In this document: positions 10,208 to 19,761 of the stretch, in pieces
Layout: every line of letters begins with the position of its first letter
How positions within the stretch are numbered: position 1 is the first letter of the stretch
DNA from: an uncultured Methanosarcinales archaeon
GTDB lineage: Archaea; Nanobdellota; Nanobdellia; Woesearchaeales; GW2011-AR9
Assembly (NCBI GenBank): GCA_964343575.1
Contig: CAYFJV010000002.1
Span: 2,285-66,284, forward strand
Reading direction: 5' to 3'
DNA length: 64,000 nt
The notes under the pieces: model-generated
The model's input: the letters and a program-made list of their open reading frames with translations, nothing else
Told to the model about the DNA's origin: nothing
Database searches by the model: none
Translations under genes and position numbers: made by a program

Positions 10208-10342
10208 GGTGGGGACGTTGGGATTCGAACCCAAATCTCAAGGTCTCACCTTGAAACGACTGGACGTTGCTATTTAGTCATCGCATTCGCTCATCGCTCC
10301 ATAACTGGAGCCCCGCATTCTGCCAGGTTATACTACGCCCCC
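10208..10342 (-). tRNA. intron-containing tRNA gene (135 nt with encoded CCA); class-II-like variable arm; identity unresolved (tentatively Leu, anticodon GAG, if the exon junction is as modelled)
   Basis: rc reads GGGGGCG-TA-GTAT-AACCTGGCAGA-ATGC...TTGGG-TTCGAAT-CCCAA-CGTCCCC-A-CCA. Acceptor (one G.U), D-arm and canonical T-arm are clear; 55-60 extra nt sit between the D-arm and T-arm, with an AAGGT-GAG-ACCTT extra-arm hairpin; TATA tttttatat about 25 nt upstream at 10362-10372. Confidence 0.5.
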
Positions 10343-10426
10343 GATGAAGAAAACTTAGGCAGAAGAGCATATAAAAAGCTTTCTCTGTGGAAGTGTAGAA
10401 GAAAAGAAAAAAAGAAGCCACACTAT

Positions 10427-11272
10427 TCAATTAAGGGGAAAAGGAAATTTTCCGATGAGCTGATATTTCCCAAGAACAATTGGATAACTCTTGTCTCCCT
10501 CGACAAAGAAAGCCACCCGCTCATCAAGACCCGTGCTTAAAGTAGTAAACTCTAGGTCCTCATGAGGAGTAGAACTTCCTGGAGAGTAATATACTGCTGT
10601 GAATGGCTCTTCAGGAGAAGCATAAAAAAGATCCTTTACACTTATCCCTCTCCTACCTAGAGGAACGTTAGCAAGCAATTCAAACTCATCTATTTTATCG
10701 GCTAGAGTGGGATGAGCTGTCCGATCTATCTCAAGGTCAACACGAGTAACAAGCGAATTGTTATTTGATGACGAGGGAGAAACCTCAATCTCAAGAGCAA
10801 TATCATCAAAAGGGATTCCAAAAAGTGAGAACTTTGGATGAGAATTGTAAGCAGAATATGTTCTCGTACCATCTAGGCCAGAAGTTCCATAGCTAAGACC
10901 CAAATCTACAATAACTAAATCTGCCGAGTCAGAGGCATTCCTCAGAATGGCATTGGCAAAACCGAATTCTGGTGTTTCGTTGACATCTAAAGTAACTTGC
11001 AAGAGATCGTGAGTACCATCTCCTGGATGAAGCTCAAACTCAGAGTAATATCTATGATCAAGTTCCCGTAGCTCTTCTACATAGTCAACTCCAAGAGTTG
11101 CTTCTCTTATCACAATAGCAGTATCTAGTCCTTCAAGAAAAGTGTCTTTTATCTCGGTATCTGTTTCTTGGAGACCTCCAGTGGTTCCTTCCTGAACACT
11201 TCTTGGAGCACAAGCCCCATATGTTACTACTGCAGCCAAACCTGCTCCAAGCATCGTTGTGTTATACTTCAT
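10427..11272 (-). CDS. secreted protein with N-terminal signal and Cys (possible lipoprotein), unknown function
   Basis: 281 aa; MLGAGLAAVVTYGAC N-term; no recognisable domain. Confidence 0.4.
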   Translation of the reverse strand: MKYNTTMLGAGLAAVVTYGACAPRSVQEGTTGGLQETDTEIKDTFLEGLDTAIVIREATLGVDYVEELRELDHRYYSEFELHPGDGTHDLLQVTLDVNETPEFGFANAILRNASDSADLVIVDLGLSYGTSGLDGTRTYSAYNSHPKFSLFGIPFDDIALEIEVSPSSSNNNSLVTRVDLEIDRTAHPTLADKIDEFELLANVPLGRRGISVKDLFYASPEEPFTAVYYSPGSSTPHEDLEFTTLSTGLDERVAFFVEGDKSYPIVLGKYQLIGKFPFPLN

Positions 11273-11399
11273 AAAATCTCATCTCCGAATATTTTTAGAA
11301 AGTTAGTAGTGGAACGAGACTTAATTTCTAGCCGGGACGATGGTGGAACGAAGCATAAATTATTCAAATAGTTTAAAAAATCGAAAGGCAAAAGACTAA

Positions 11400-11978
11400 T
11401 TGTTGATACAAAACATCATTGAAAAACTTGAAAAAGAACGAGAAAAATGGTTCTTAGCAAAAGAAAGCAAAGATTTCTTGGTTTCCTTCATCGAGAGAAA
11501 TAAATTGAAAACTGTTCTTGAGGTTGGTACGGCGCAAGGCTACTCTGCACTTTATTTTTCCTTAGTAGCTGATAAGGTTGTAACTATTGAGAAGAGTAAA
11601 CCTGCTTTTGCTTTGGCAGAAGAAAACTTGAAAGATCTTGAGAATGTTGAGATGATCTTTTCTGATGCGAAGAAGGCTTTGGAAGACCTTATTGCAAGAA
11701 AGGAGATCTTTGATTTTATCTTTATTGATGGGGAGACCCATGCTTATGTAGATCTAATTAAGTTGGCTTTGGGATTGGTGGATGAGAAAGGTTTTATTGT
11801 CGCAGACAATACAATTTCGCATGAAGAAAAGTTGGAAGATTTTTTTTATTTTTTGAAGGGAGAAAACATTCCATCTGAAACCTTGATCCTTGGAGATGGA
11901 TTGACTTTTATTTGTCAGAGAGGAAAGAATGAAGAAGGAGAGATGCGTTTGAAGAGCGCATTGGTAAAAAATGATTGA
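11400..11978 (+). CDS. class I SAM-dependent O-methyltransferase (family 3)
   Basis: 192 aa; VLEVGTAQGYSALYF motif I, IFIDGE motif; overlaps RtcA start by 8 nt. Confidence 0.6.
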   Translation: MLIQNIIEKLEKEREKWFLAKESKDFLVSFIERNKLKTVLEVGTAQGYSALYFSLVADKVVTIEKSKPAFALAEENLKDLENVEMIFSDAKKALEDLIARKEIFDFIFIDGETHAYVDLIKLALGLVDEKGFIVADNTISHEEKLEDFFYFLKGENIPSETLILGDGLTFICQRGKNEEGEMRLKSALVKND

Positions 11979-13095
11979 ACTTGATGGAAATTATTTGGAA
12001 GGTGGAGGCGCATTGCTTCGCACAGCACTTGCAGCTTCAGCGCTTACTGGAAAGCCCTTTCGTATCCACTCCATTCGTTCTGGTCGAAAAAAACCAGGAT
12101 TGAAAGCCCAACATTTGGCTGCCATTGTTGCGCTTAAGAAAATGAGTGCTGCTAAAAGTAGCGATGTTGCTCTTGGGGATACTGAGATGTGGTTTCATCC
12201 GGGGACAGGCTTTCTGAAGGGAGGAAACTATGAGATTGATATAGGCACTGCAGGAAGTATCACACTTGCATTGCAAGCACTTTTGCTTCCTTGTCTGTTT
12301 GCTTCTAGTAAAGTGACCTTAACTGTTCGTGGAGGTACTTGTGGAAAGTGGCAAGCGTCTGTTGATTATTTGCAAGAACTCTTGCTTCCCCAGCTGCGTC
12401 GTTTCGTTAAGAAGATTGAGTTGCGTGTTGTAAAGCGAGGCTATTATCCGAGCGGTGGTGGAGAGATTCTTATTGAGATCAGCCCTTTGTTTAAGAGAAA
12501 GAATTTTACAAGTACTGAAGAATTTTTAATGGCTGTTTCTGAGAAAGTTGAGAAAATAGAGATAGTGGAACAAGGAAAACTGGAACAGATAAAAGGAGTC
12601 ATCAATCTCTCTGAAGAGCTAGAGGAGAGAGGAATTGGTGAGAGGGTGATTTCTTCTGCTCGCAGTTGTTTGCGAGAAAATCTTGGTCACGAAAGAAAAG
12701 AAGTACCAATTCAAATTCGGCGAGAAGTTCGTAAGACTGATTCTCTTGGAGGAGAACTTTTGTTATGGTCGATTCATAGTAATGGATTTGGAGAAGTTGA
12801 TCAAAAAAATCCAGTGCGTCTTGCTGGAGATGCTTTACTTGAGAAAGGCAAAGAAAGTGGAGCTGTTGGTAAAGAAGCTGCCCTTGAGTTGTTGAAGCGT
12901 TTGAAAAGTGGTGCTGGTGTTGATGAACAGCTTGCTGACCAGCTGCTTTGTTTTATGATTTTGCTTCCAGGATCTGTTATCGATACTAATGAATATACTG
13001 CGCATTCTCGAACCAATGTTTACGTGCTTGAGCAATTTTTTCCAATTTGCTTCGTTGAGAAGGACGGGAAAATTAGTGTTGAGAAAGAGAGGTAA
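11971..13095 (+). CDS. rtcA: RNA 3'-terminal phosphate cyclase
   Basis: 374 aa; LEGGGALLRTALAASALTGKPFRIHSIRSGRKKPGL matches RtcA signature. Confidence 0.8.
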   Translation: MIELDGNYLEGGGALLRTALAASALTGKPFRIHSIRSGRKKPGLKAQHLAAIVALKKMSAAKSSDVALGDTEMWFHPGTGFLKGGNYEIDIGTAGSITLALQALLLPCLFASSKVTLTVRGGTCGKWQASVDYLQELLLPQLRRFVKKIELRVVKRGYYPSGGGEILIEISPLFKRKNFTSTEEFLMAVSEKVEKIEIVEQGKLEQIKGVINLSEELEERGIGERVISSARSCLRENLGHERKEVPIQIRREVRKTDSLGGELLLWSIHSNGFGEVDQKNPVRLAGDALLEKGKESGAVGKEAALELLKRLKSGAGVDEQLADQLLCFMILLPGSVIDTNEYTAHSRTNVYVLEQFFPICFVEKDGKISVEKER

Positions 13096-13113
13096 AAGGA
13101 TAGTGTTTTACTC

Positions 13114-13497
13114 TTAGCGAAAAGCAAGTTCTTTATCCTGCACATAACGTTTTCTGGTCCTTAGAGCGATGTAAGCTTTCTCTAACTCTTTGCCAAGATA
13201 TGCTGCATGATCTATTCTTGAAATGAGTTTAAGTTTTTGTACTTCAAAGTAAATATCTTGGGGCTTTTCTCCTTCTATAATGAGATCAATGACTCCAATT
13301 TTTTTACAGTGCGCCGCTTGGATAACTTTTCTCTTTCGATCAATTTTGATGAGAAAGTAGCCTTTTGGATCCATTTTCCAATCATCCATCTCATCATAAT
13401 CTCCTTGAATAGTTTTGACCTTATCTAGTTCGTTCTTGTTTTTGAGAGCTACAAATTTATGGGTTGGTTTTTTGGAGATTATTTTTTTCTTTGCCAT
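13114..13497 (-). CDS. small basic hypothetical protein
   Basis: 127-aa ORF, Lys-rich; no motif recognised. Confidence 0.35.
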   Translation of the reverse strand: MAKKKIISKKPTHKFVALKNKNELDKVKTIQGDYDEMDDWKMDPKGYFLIKIDRKRKVIQAAHCKKIGVIDLIIEGEKPQDIYFEVQKLKLISRIDHAAYLGKELEKAYIALRTRKRYVQDKELAFR

Positions 13498-13521
13498 TTT
13501 TTCTTTGTTTCTTTCTTTACT

Positions 13522-13983
13522 TTATTCTTGCTCTTTTTGCTGCGCAAATTTCACTGTTTTTTTGATAAGCGTACTTTTGAAAAGTGTTTCTTTGAAAGGT
13601 TTGAGTCTGATTACTTTAGTTTTAAGGCCTTGGTCTTTGATGAATGCTTTGAGCTTCTCTTCATTAATCTCTTGATCATAACCTAAACAAATAATGTTCG
13701 GTCTAATTTCTTTGATAATCTCTGTCTTTGGACCTTCGTTTCCTAAAATGACCTCGTCGACAAAGTGTGTTGCTTCTAAGAATTCTTTTCTGTGCTGCTC
13801 TGCGTAGCAAGGATTCTTTTTTGTTTCTTTTTGGATAGTACTGTCTCTAGCAAGTACCACAATGAGTTTGTCACCGTGTTGCTTTGCTTGTTTGAAAAAG
13901 TTGAGATGGCCGGGATGCAGTACATCAAACTTTCCGGCAACCATTACCACTTTACTTCTGTTTGTTTCCTGTTTGCGATCCAT
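13522..13983 (-). CDS. ribL: FAD synthase / cytidylyltransferase-like nucleotidyltransferase (archaeal RibL type)
   Basis: 153 aa; VVMVAGKFDVLHPGHLNFFKQAKQHGDKLIVVLARD (HxGH nucleotidyltransferase motif) closely resembles archaeal RibL. Confidence 0.6.
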   Translation of the reverse strand: MDRKQETNRSKVVMVAGKFDVLHPGHLNFFKQAKQHGDKLIVVLARDSTIQKETKKNPCYAEQHRKEFLEATHFVDEVILGNEGPKTEIIKEIRPNIICLGYDQEINEEKLKAFIKDQGLKTKVIRLKPFKETLFKSTLIKKTVKFAQQKEQE

Positions 13984-14112
13984 TTTTGTTTGGGAACACT
14001 TATATCCTTGAGTATCTAGGTTTTTGCCTTGCTTTAAATAATCTTTTATCTGGAGGAAGGCTTGGCTTTGCTTGCAAAAAGCTTTATAAAGAGGTAGCGT
14101 TCAAAGAGCGTT

Positions 14113-14280
14113 ATGGAACAAAAGATTTGTATTTCAACCAAAAAGAAGGTAGCAAACGATGCTGGCGCAGTGGAGTTTCCTTGCCCGCAGTGTGGTTTTA
14201 AGTTAGTGCGAAGCTCCTTTGCTCGTAAAAACGCTATCCCTTACAAATGTCCAAGTTGTGAGTTTACAGGACCAAACTGA
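14113..14280 (+). CDS. Zn-ribbon RNA-binding protein (COG2888 family) that characteristically precedes aEF-1beta; not in ORF track (55 aa)
   Basis: MEQKICISTKKKVANDAGAVEFPCPQCGFKLVRSSFARKNAIPYKCPSCEFTGPN; two CPxCG knuckles; TATA aaagctttataaag about 25 nt upstream. Confidence 0.65.
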   Translation: MEQKICISTKKKVANDAGAVEFPCPQCGFKLVRSSFARKNAIPYKCPSCEFTGPN

Positions 14281-14353
14281 TTCATCATTTTTCGTTTTAT
14301 TTAGGGATTAAGAATCATCTTAAAAAGTAAAAATAATTGGGGTTTATCTAAAA

Positions 14354-14632
14354 ATGGCAAAAGCAGTAATTACATTCAAATTAATGCCCGTATCTCCCGA
14401 AGTTGATCTTGGAGATATTAAAGAAAAGGCAAAGGCAATTGCACAAGAAGCAGGAGCTATTGGTGAGATGCAAGTAAAAGAAGAGCCAATCGCTTTTGGT
14501 CTTAAAGCAGTTCTTGTATTAGCAATGTATGAAGTTGAAGGATCTGACTTTGATGGTATTGCTGGACGATTGGGTGAGATTGAAAATGTTCAATCCGCAG
14601 AAGTTGCTAAGATGGATTTAGCATTGGGTTAG
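14354..14632 (+). CDS. ef1b: translation elongation factor aEF-1 beta
   Basis: 92 aa; MAKAVITFKLMPVSPEVDL...IAFGLKAVL is typical aEF1B. Confidence 0.8.
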   Translation: MAKAVITFKLMPVSPEVDLGDIKEKAKAIAQEAGAIGEMQVKEEPIAFGLKAVLVLAMYEVEGSDFDGIAGRLGEIENVQSAEVAKMDLALG

Positions 14633-14657
14633 AACTTTTTTTCTTTCTTTACTTTTC

Positions 14658-15770
14658 TTATACTTCTAGAGCTTTTTGTATTTGCTTGAAGGACTTCTTT
14701 GTCTTAAAACCAGTTGGAGAAAAATGTGTTCTACTTGCTTTGAGCTTGCTGAGTACTGTCTCTAACTTTTTTGGGTTTTTCTTGGAGAGTTTTGCAAGTT
14801 CGTGGAGATCATAAAAGCCCGTTTGTTCTTGGCTCGCTTCTTCTGCGAGTGTTTGTAAGAATTTTTGCTCTTTTGGAAAAGGACTATTTTTGAGCATGGT
14901 CTTAATCAGCTTTTTGTGAATGATTTCTCCTGTCCAAAGGGGCCCAGCAAAAGTAGTGAAATTGCTCTTTTTGTCGGCTTCTTGATTATACTCTGAGACC
15001 TTGTACTCTCCAGTTTTCTTGTTGAAAAGGAGATATTGGTGTTGCTTGAGAAGGAGGTCACATCTCTTTTTTCCTTTTGTTGCTTTAAAGTAGACTCTAA
15101 AGTAATGATCTTTATGATAGCTCAGAATAGGAGTTAGGGCTTTGTCAAATTGCACCCCTTGTAACTGCACTTTTCTAATGAGAATACGTAGTGCAGTTTC
15201 ATGCATCATCCAATTCTTTTGAGACTCTGCCCAATATTTTCTTCGAGTTACCTTCTTGTAGGTTCCAGTCAAGGCAGCTGTGTCTGTTGCAGTAACTGCT
15301 AGAATGCCTTCTCTTGAGATTGCTGCAACTGCAGCAGCAAGAAAGGGGTTTGGCGAGCCGAAAGGATCAAGATCAATATAATCAAAACCCTTGGATTTGT
15401 TAAGAAAAAGGATTGCATCTTCTTGATGTAGTTTTACTTTGTTTTTTATGATTGTTTCTGAGACCTGATTTTTTTGGAGTTGCTGATGCATAAGTTCTTG
15501 GAACTTTGCTTTTTTATCATTAAAGTGGATCTCTTTGATCCTTCCTTTCTTGAGCTCTTTGAGAAATCTGATTCCCCTGATTCCTGAACCTGCAAGAGGA
15601 AGCGCGAGCTTTCTTGCTTTTCTTGGAAGAGAGTTTAGGAGGAGAATCGAGATGTTTCTATTTGAGATCATCTCTGGGTTGTAGAAGACTTCCATCTTAG
15701 CGTTAACGTCTTCTCCTTTCTTAGGAGTGCTTGCTTTGATAGTTGCACTGTGCTCAGTGATGGTTTTCAT
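14658..15770 (-). CDS. trm1: tRNA (guanine26-N2)-dimethyltransferase
   Basis: 370 aa; FYNPEMISNRNISI, LDPFGSPNPFL motifs of Trm1. Confidence 0.8.
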   Translation of the reverse strand: MKTITEHSATIKASTPKKGEDVNAKMEVFYNPEMISNRNISILLLNSLPRKARKLALPLAGSGIRGIRFLKELKKGRIKEIHFNDKKAKFQELMHQQLQKNQVSETIIKNKVKLHQEDAILFLNKSKGFDYIDLDPFGSPNPFLAAAVAAISREGILAVTATDTAALTGTYKKVTRRKYWAESQKNWMMHETALRILIRKVQLQGVQFDKALTPILSYHKDHYFRVYFKATKGKKRCDLLLKQHQYLLFNKKTGEYKVSEYNQEADKKSNFTTFAGPLWTGEIIHKKLIKTMLKNSPFPKEQKFLQTLAEEASQEQTGFYDLHELAKLSKKNPKKLETVLSKLKASRTHFSPTGFKTKKSFKQIQKALEV

Positions 15771-15823
15771 TTAAGTTGCCTAATAGAGGAAGATTTAAAA
15801 AAACTTTCTGGGATTAGCTTAGC

Positions 15824-17620
15824 ATGACCACAAGAAAGGTTCTGATCACCATCGTTGGACACGTTGATCATGGGAAGACTTCACTTCTTGACAAGATTCG
15901 ACGTAGCACGGTTGCCGCTGCAGAAGCTGGAGCTATCACCCAAGCAATCGGAGTGAGCATTATTCCCATTGAAGTGATCAAAAAGATTTGTGGGAAATTA
16001 CTTGATGTCTTCAAAGACAAGGGAGGACTTTCTGTTCCTGGTTTGCTCGCAATTGATACCCCTGGACACGCAGCATTTACTTCACTTCGTAAGCGAGGAG
16101 GAAGCCTAGCTGACATTGCAATTCTTGTTGTAGATATTAACGAGGGATTTAAACCACAAACCATCGAGAGCATTGAAATTTTAAAAGCTAACAAAGTTCC
16201 TTTCGTCATTGCTGCAAACAAAGTTGATTTAGTTCCTGGCTGGAAAAATGAAGCAGGAAAAAGTTTGATCGAGAACATTAATGGACTTGGTTATAGCGTG
16301 CAAGGAGAGTTTGAAAAACGCATGTATGAATTAGTTGCCCAGGTGCAAGAGCATGGTGGCTTTGAGGCTGAACGTTTCGATCGTTTGCAAGATTATACTA
16401 AACAGATCGCTATTGTTCCGATCTCAGCGCATACTGGGCAAGGTCTTCCTGAATTGCTCATGGTAATTACAGGACTTGCTGAGCGTTTCTTAGGTGCAAA
16501 GTTACAAGTTGATGTAAGTGGAAACGCAAAAGGAACCATCCTAGAAGTCAAAGAAGAGAAGGGCCTTGGAAAAACCATTGATACCATTCTTTACGATGGA
16601 AAACTGCGTGTCAATGATATGCTTGTTATTGGTGGTCCTGAAGAAGCTCTTGTTGTTAAAGTTCGTGCTCTGCTTGAGCCCAAAGCACTCTCTGAGATGC
16701 GTGATAAAAAGAGTAAGTTTCAAAATATCAAAGAGGTGCACGCCGCAACTGGTGTGAAAATTGCTGCCCCCGGACTAGATGCTGCCATTTCTGGGATGCC
16801 CATTCGAAGTTGTGAAAATAAAGCTGATGCTATTGAGCAAGCAAAAGAAGAGGTACAAGCAGAAGTTGGCGAAGTGCTCATTGGTGGAGACGAGCAAGAA
16901 GGAGTAATGATCAAGGCAGACACCATAGGTGGGCTTGAAGCTCTACGTAATTTACTTGAAGAGAAAGGGGTTGCGATTAGTTCTGCTGCCATTGGTGATT
17001 TGACCAAACGTGATGTTTCTCAATTGGAATCACTTCGAGACAAAGATGAGTTTCAAGGAGTCTTGCTTGGCTTTAATATGAAGGTTCCAACAGAACTTGA
17101 GGAGTTACTCAAGGTTAAGAATCTAAAAGTTATCTCTCATGAAGTCATTTACCAAACCATTGATGAGTATGAAGCATACGTTGAGACGCTAAAGCAAAAA
17201 ATTGAGATGCGTCAGTTGAACACTCTGGTTCGTCCTTGTAAATTTGCAGTAATGCCTGGCTACATCTTTCGTCAGAATAATCCGGCTATTGCTGGAGTTG
17301 ATATTGAGATTGGTCGCGTGAAAACGGGTGATCCCCTTCTGAGTATGAAAGGAAAACGAGTTGGAGTTGTTAAAAGTTTGAAAGAAGGCCAAGAGTCAGT
17401 GACTGTTGCTGAGCAGGGAAAACAGCTTGCCATGGCAATGGATGGCGTAACTATTGGCAGGCAGGTTAGTGAGGGAGATTTCTTATACACAGATGTTCCT
17501 GAAGAAGACTTTGTAAAGTTAAAGGCCTTGAAAAAGCATTTGAGCAAAGGTGAAATTCAAGTTTTGAAGGAGATTGCCGAACTTAAACGTGAGCAGAACC
17601 CTGTTTGGGGTGTTGGATAA
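15824..17620 (+). CDS. infB: translation initiation factor aIF5B (IF2 homologue)
   Basis: 598 aa; VGHVDHGKTSLLDKIR G1, DTPGH G3, NKVD G4; archaeal length with no bacterial N-extension. Confidence 0.85.
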   Translation: MTTRKVLITIVGHVDHGKTSLLDKIRRSTVAAAEAGAITQAIGVSIIPIEVIKKICGKLLDVFKDKGGLSVPGLLAIDTPGHAAFTSLRKRGGSLADIAILVVDINEGFKPQTIESIEILKANKVPFVIAANKVDLVPGWKNEAGKSLIENINGLGYSVQGEFEKRMYELVAQVQEHGGFEAERFDRLQDYTKQIAIVPISAHTGQGLPELLMVITGLAERFLGAKLQVDVSGNAKGTILEVKEEKGLGKTIDTILYDGKLRVNDMLVIGGPEEALVVKVRALLEPKALSEMRDKKSKFQNIKEVHAATGVKIAAPGLDAAISGMPIRSCENKADAIEQAKEEVQAEVGEVLIGGDEQEGVMIKADTIGGLEALRNLLEEKGVAISSAAIGDLTKRDVSQLESLRDKDEFQGVLLGFNMKVPTELEELLKVKNLKVISHEVIYQTIDEYEAYVETLKQKIEMRQLNTLVRPCKFAVMPGYIFRQNNPAIAGVDIEIGRVKTGDPLLSMKGKRVGVVKSLKEGQESVTVAEQGKQLAMAMDGVTIGRQVSEGDFLYTDVPEEDFVKLKALKKHLSKGEIQVLKEIAELKREQNPVWGVG

Positions 17621-17639
17621 TAAGAAAAAATTTTAGGGT

Positions 17640-18560
17640 TTAAATTATCCCATACCAGTTCCAAAGGAGATAATCCGTTGCTTGAACAATCCCTTCTTCA
17701 TTACCCACAAGTTTGATACAGGTTCCACTGTAAATAATTTCTGGGTCTCCTGGTGTTGAAGACATCGCCAATTCTACTGTTGGAAGATCTTGAGGATTAT
17801 TATCACAACTTACGATTGGGCGATCAACACAAACACTAGGTTCATCAAAAGTGCAAGACCCGGTCGGGTTTCTGTTAATTACCCTTGCTGCGTTTATACT
17901 TAGTTCAGAGATTGCTAGCGTGTAGTAGGAGTTTACTGTTGTAGGATCTATTCCAATGTAGAGATTGTTTCCCACACCAAAACCGTCGTCTAGCTCTCCA
18001 GAGACTTGGATATTCTCAAGATCTCTTGGGCCATAGTGTAGAGGTATCCTTACCATTTGCTGACTTTCATCTTCAAAAGTTTTGATAATGTCTGTCCACC
18101 ACAAACCATCATGAAGGACAAAGCTAAAGCCATTGTAGAGATAGCCTTCTTCAGAATCAAGTTTTCCTTCCAGGTTGAGTTGATGTAACTCATCTACTGT
18201 GTAGATCTTTTCTTCTGCTACTGAATCGTAGATTTGAAAAGCGATAAAAACTATTGCAAAAAATGCGATAAGCCCGGCAATGGCAATGAAAAGAGTCTTG
18301 CTTTCTGCTTTTTCAGCTTCTTCACTGCTTTGAGCTTTTTCTTCAGTTAGAGCTTCTTTTACTTCTTTCTTTTTGGGCTCTGTTTTGTGATTATGACTGG
18401 TAGCAGTGTGCTCTTTTGCCTCTTTTTTATGGACTTTCTTTTCTGCAACTTTATGCCCAGTTGGTTCAGGAGCTTTGTCCACTACTTCAATCTTTAGATC
18501 AGGAGTTTTTTTCTCTACTTCTTCTCCCTTCTTTTGATGGGGAGTGCTTTTTTCTTCCAT
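17640..18560 (-). CDS. bitopic membrane protein: Lys/Glu-rich cytoplasmic N-tail, one TM, extracellular domain
   Basis: 306 aa; TM LFIAIAGLIAFFAIVFIAF; no domain recognised. Confidence 0.45.
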   Translation of the reverse strand: MEEKSTPHQKKGEEVEKKTPDLKIEVVDKAPEPTGHKVAEKKVHKKEAKEHTATSHNHKTEPKKKEVKEALTEEKAQSSEEAEKAESKTLFIAIAGLIAFFAIVFIAFQIYDSVAEEKIYTVDELHQLNLEGKLDSEEGYLYNGFSFVLHDGLWWTDIIKTFEDESQQMVRIPLHYGPRDLENIQVSGELDDGFGVGNNLYIGIDPTTVNSYYTLAISELSINAARVINRNPTGSCTFDEPSVCVDRPIVSCDNNPQDLPTVELAMSSTPGDPEIIYSGTCIKLVGNEEGIVQATDYLLWNWYGII

Positions 18561-18666
18561 GAGGAGCCTGGGGCATTTGGGGCTTTATAAATTTTAGGAA
18601 GATGCAGGAAATAGCTTGCTTTTTGGGCCCTTTTAGGGAGCTTTTTTAAATGGGTCTTGTAGAGGG

Positions 18667-19761
18667 TTGTTTATGGATTTTGTAGAACAAATCAAACGCA
18701 ATAATGCGGGGCATGTCGTGGGGAAGAGTGAACTTGATCCCTTGTTGCTTGAAGCAGGCAGAGTGTATGCTAAGCACTTTGATGGTAGGGTTTGGTTTGA
18801 GCGTTCCATTTTTACCAACTGGACTTGCGGGATTGCTGACTGTAAGTATTGCTATCTTTCTACTAAACCAAAGCACAAGGCAGGAACTGATCCTGTTGCG
18901 GTGCGCAGCGCTGCTTCTGTGCTTGCTGAAGTTCTTTTGTGTAAAGTGATGGGTTGGAAGATAGGTTATATCACGGGAGGTCTTCGGGTAGAAAGTATTT
19001 CGCAGCTGGTTAGTTTGCTTGATAAAATTGAGAAAGTTTATGGCGAGAAAATCATGATGAACTATGGACCTTATGCTAAGAGTGAGGTGCTGAAGTTAAA
19101 GGGACATTTAACTGGCATGGGCTCAGCCATTGAAAGCTTTGATGAAGAACTACACAACTTTATTTGTCCTTCAAAACCACTTCGCAGCTTGATGATGTTT
19201 TTAGGTCATTTGCGTGATGAAGAGATGGAAAAACTGATTACCATTATTTTAGGGATCGGTGAGCGCAAGGAAGACGTTGATATTGTTATTGAAAAGGTTA
19301 AGGAGTTTGGTATTGATAAGGTGCAGCTTTGTTTTTTGAAACCACAAGATGCGACGGTGTTTAGCTCTGTTCCTGCACCTAACCCTGAATACATGGCTTG
19401 GTGGATTGCTCAGCTTCGTGTTGCTTGTCCTGAATTAATTATTAAGGTGGCACTTGTTCGAGAACGTATTGATGATACTTCACTTTATTTGCGCGCTGGT
19501 GCTAATTGTTTTAGCCGTTTTATGATCTTTAAGGACTTTGCTGGGGAGAATGCGCTTGCTCTTGAGAGAGAGTGTGAGCTTTCTGGTCGTGAGTTGCTTG
19601 GAAATTTTAGTGCTTTTCCTTCTGGTGTTGATGAGAAATTTGTTGATGGTTTACTTGAGGATGTTGATCTTGATTCTGGGTTGAAAGAAGAGATGAAGAA
19701 AAAGTTTTGGCAGTACTGGAAGAAGTTGGAAAAGTTGAGTGAGAAAAAAAAAGAGATTTAG
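18667..19761 (+). CDS. putative Fe-S / radical-SAM-like protein with non-canonical Cx4Cx2C cluster motif
   Basis: 364 aa; WTCGIADCKYCYL (C-x4-C-x2-C, as in Elp3-type radical SAM) and YITGGL (GGE-like). Confidence 0.35.
   Translation: MFMDFVEQIKRNNAGHVVGKSELDPLLLEAGRVYAKHFDGRVWFERSIFTNWTCGIADCKYCYLSTKPKHKAGTDPVAVRSAASVLAEVLLCKVMGWKIGYITGGLRVESISQLVSLLDKIEKVYGEKIMMNYGPYAKSEVLKLKGHLTGMGSAIESFDEELHNFICPSKPLRSLMMFLGHLRDEEMEKLITIILGIGERKEDVDIVIEKVKEFGIDKVQLCFLKPQDATVFSSVPAPNPEYMAWWIAQLRVACPELIIKVALVRERIDDTSLYLRAGANCFSRFMIFKDFAGENALALERECELSGRELLGNFSAFPSGVDEKFVDGLLEDVDLDSGLKEEMKKKFWQYWKKLEKLSEKKKEI

Noticed and set aside
10142-10540. 132-aa ORF on the + strand spanning the tRNA gene and its 3'-fragment repeats
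   Set aside because: It runs through the tRNA on the opposite strand and is Arg/Lys-rich junk translation of tRNA-like sequence.
12037-13035. Antisense or alternative-frame ORFs within rtcA (12037..12276, 12683..12895, 12801..13016, 12835..13035)
   Set aside because: They are contained within the well-supported RtcA CDS.
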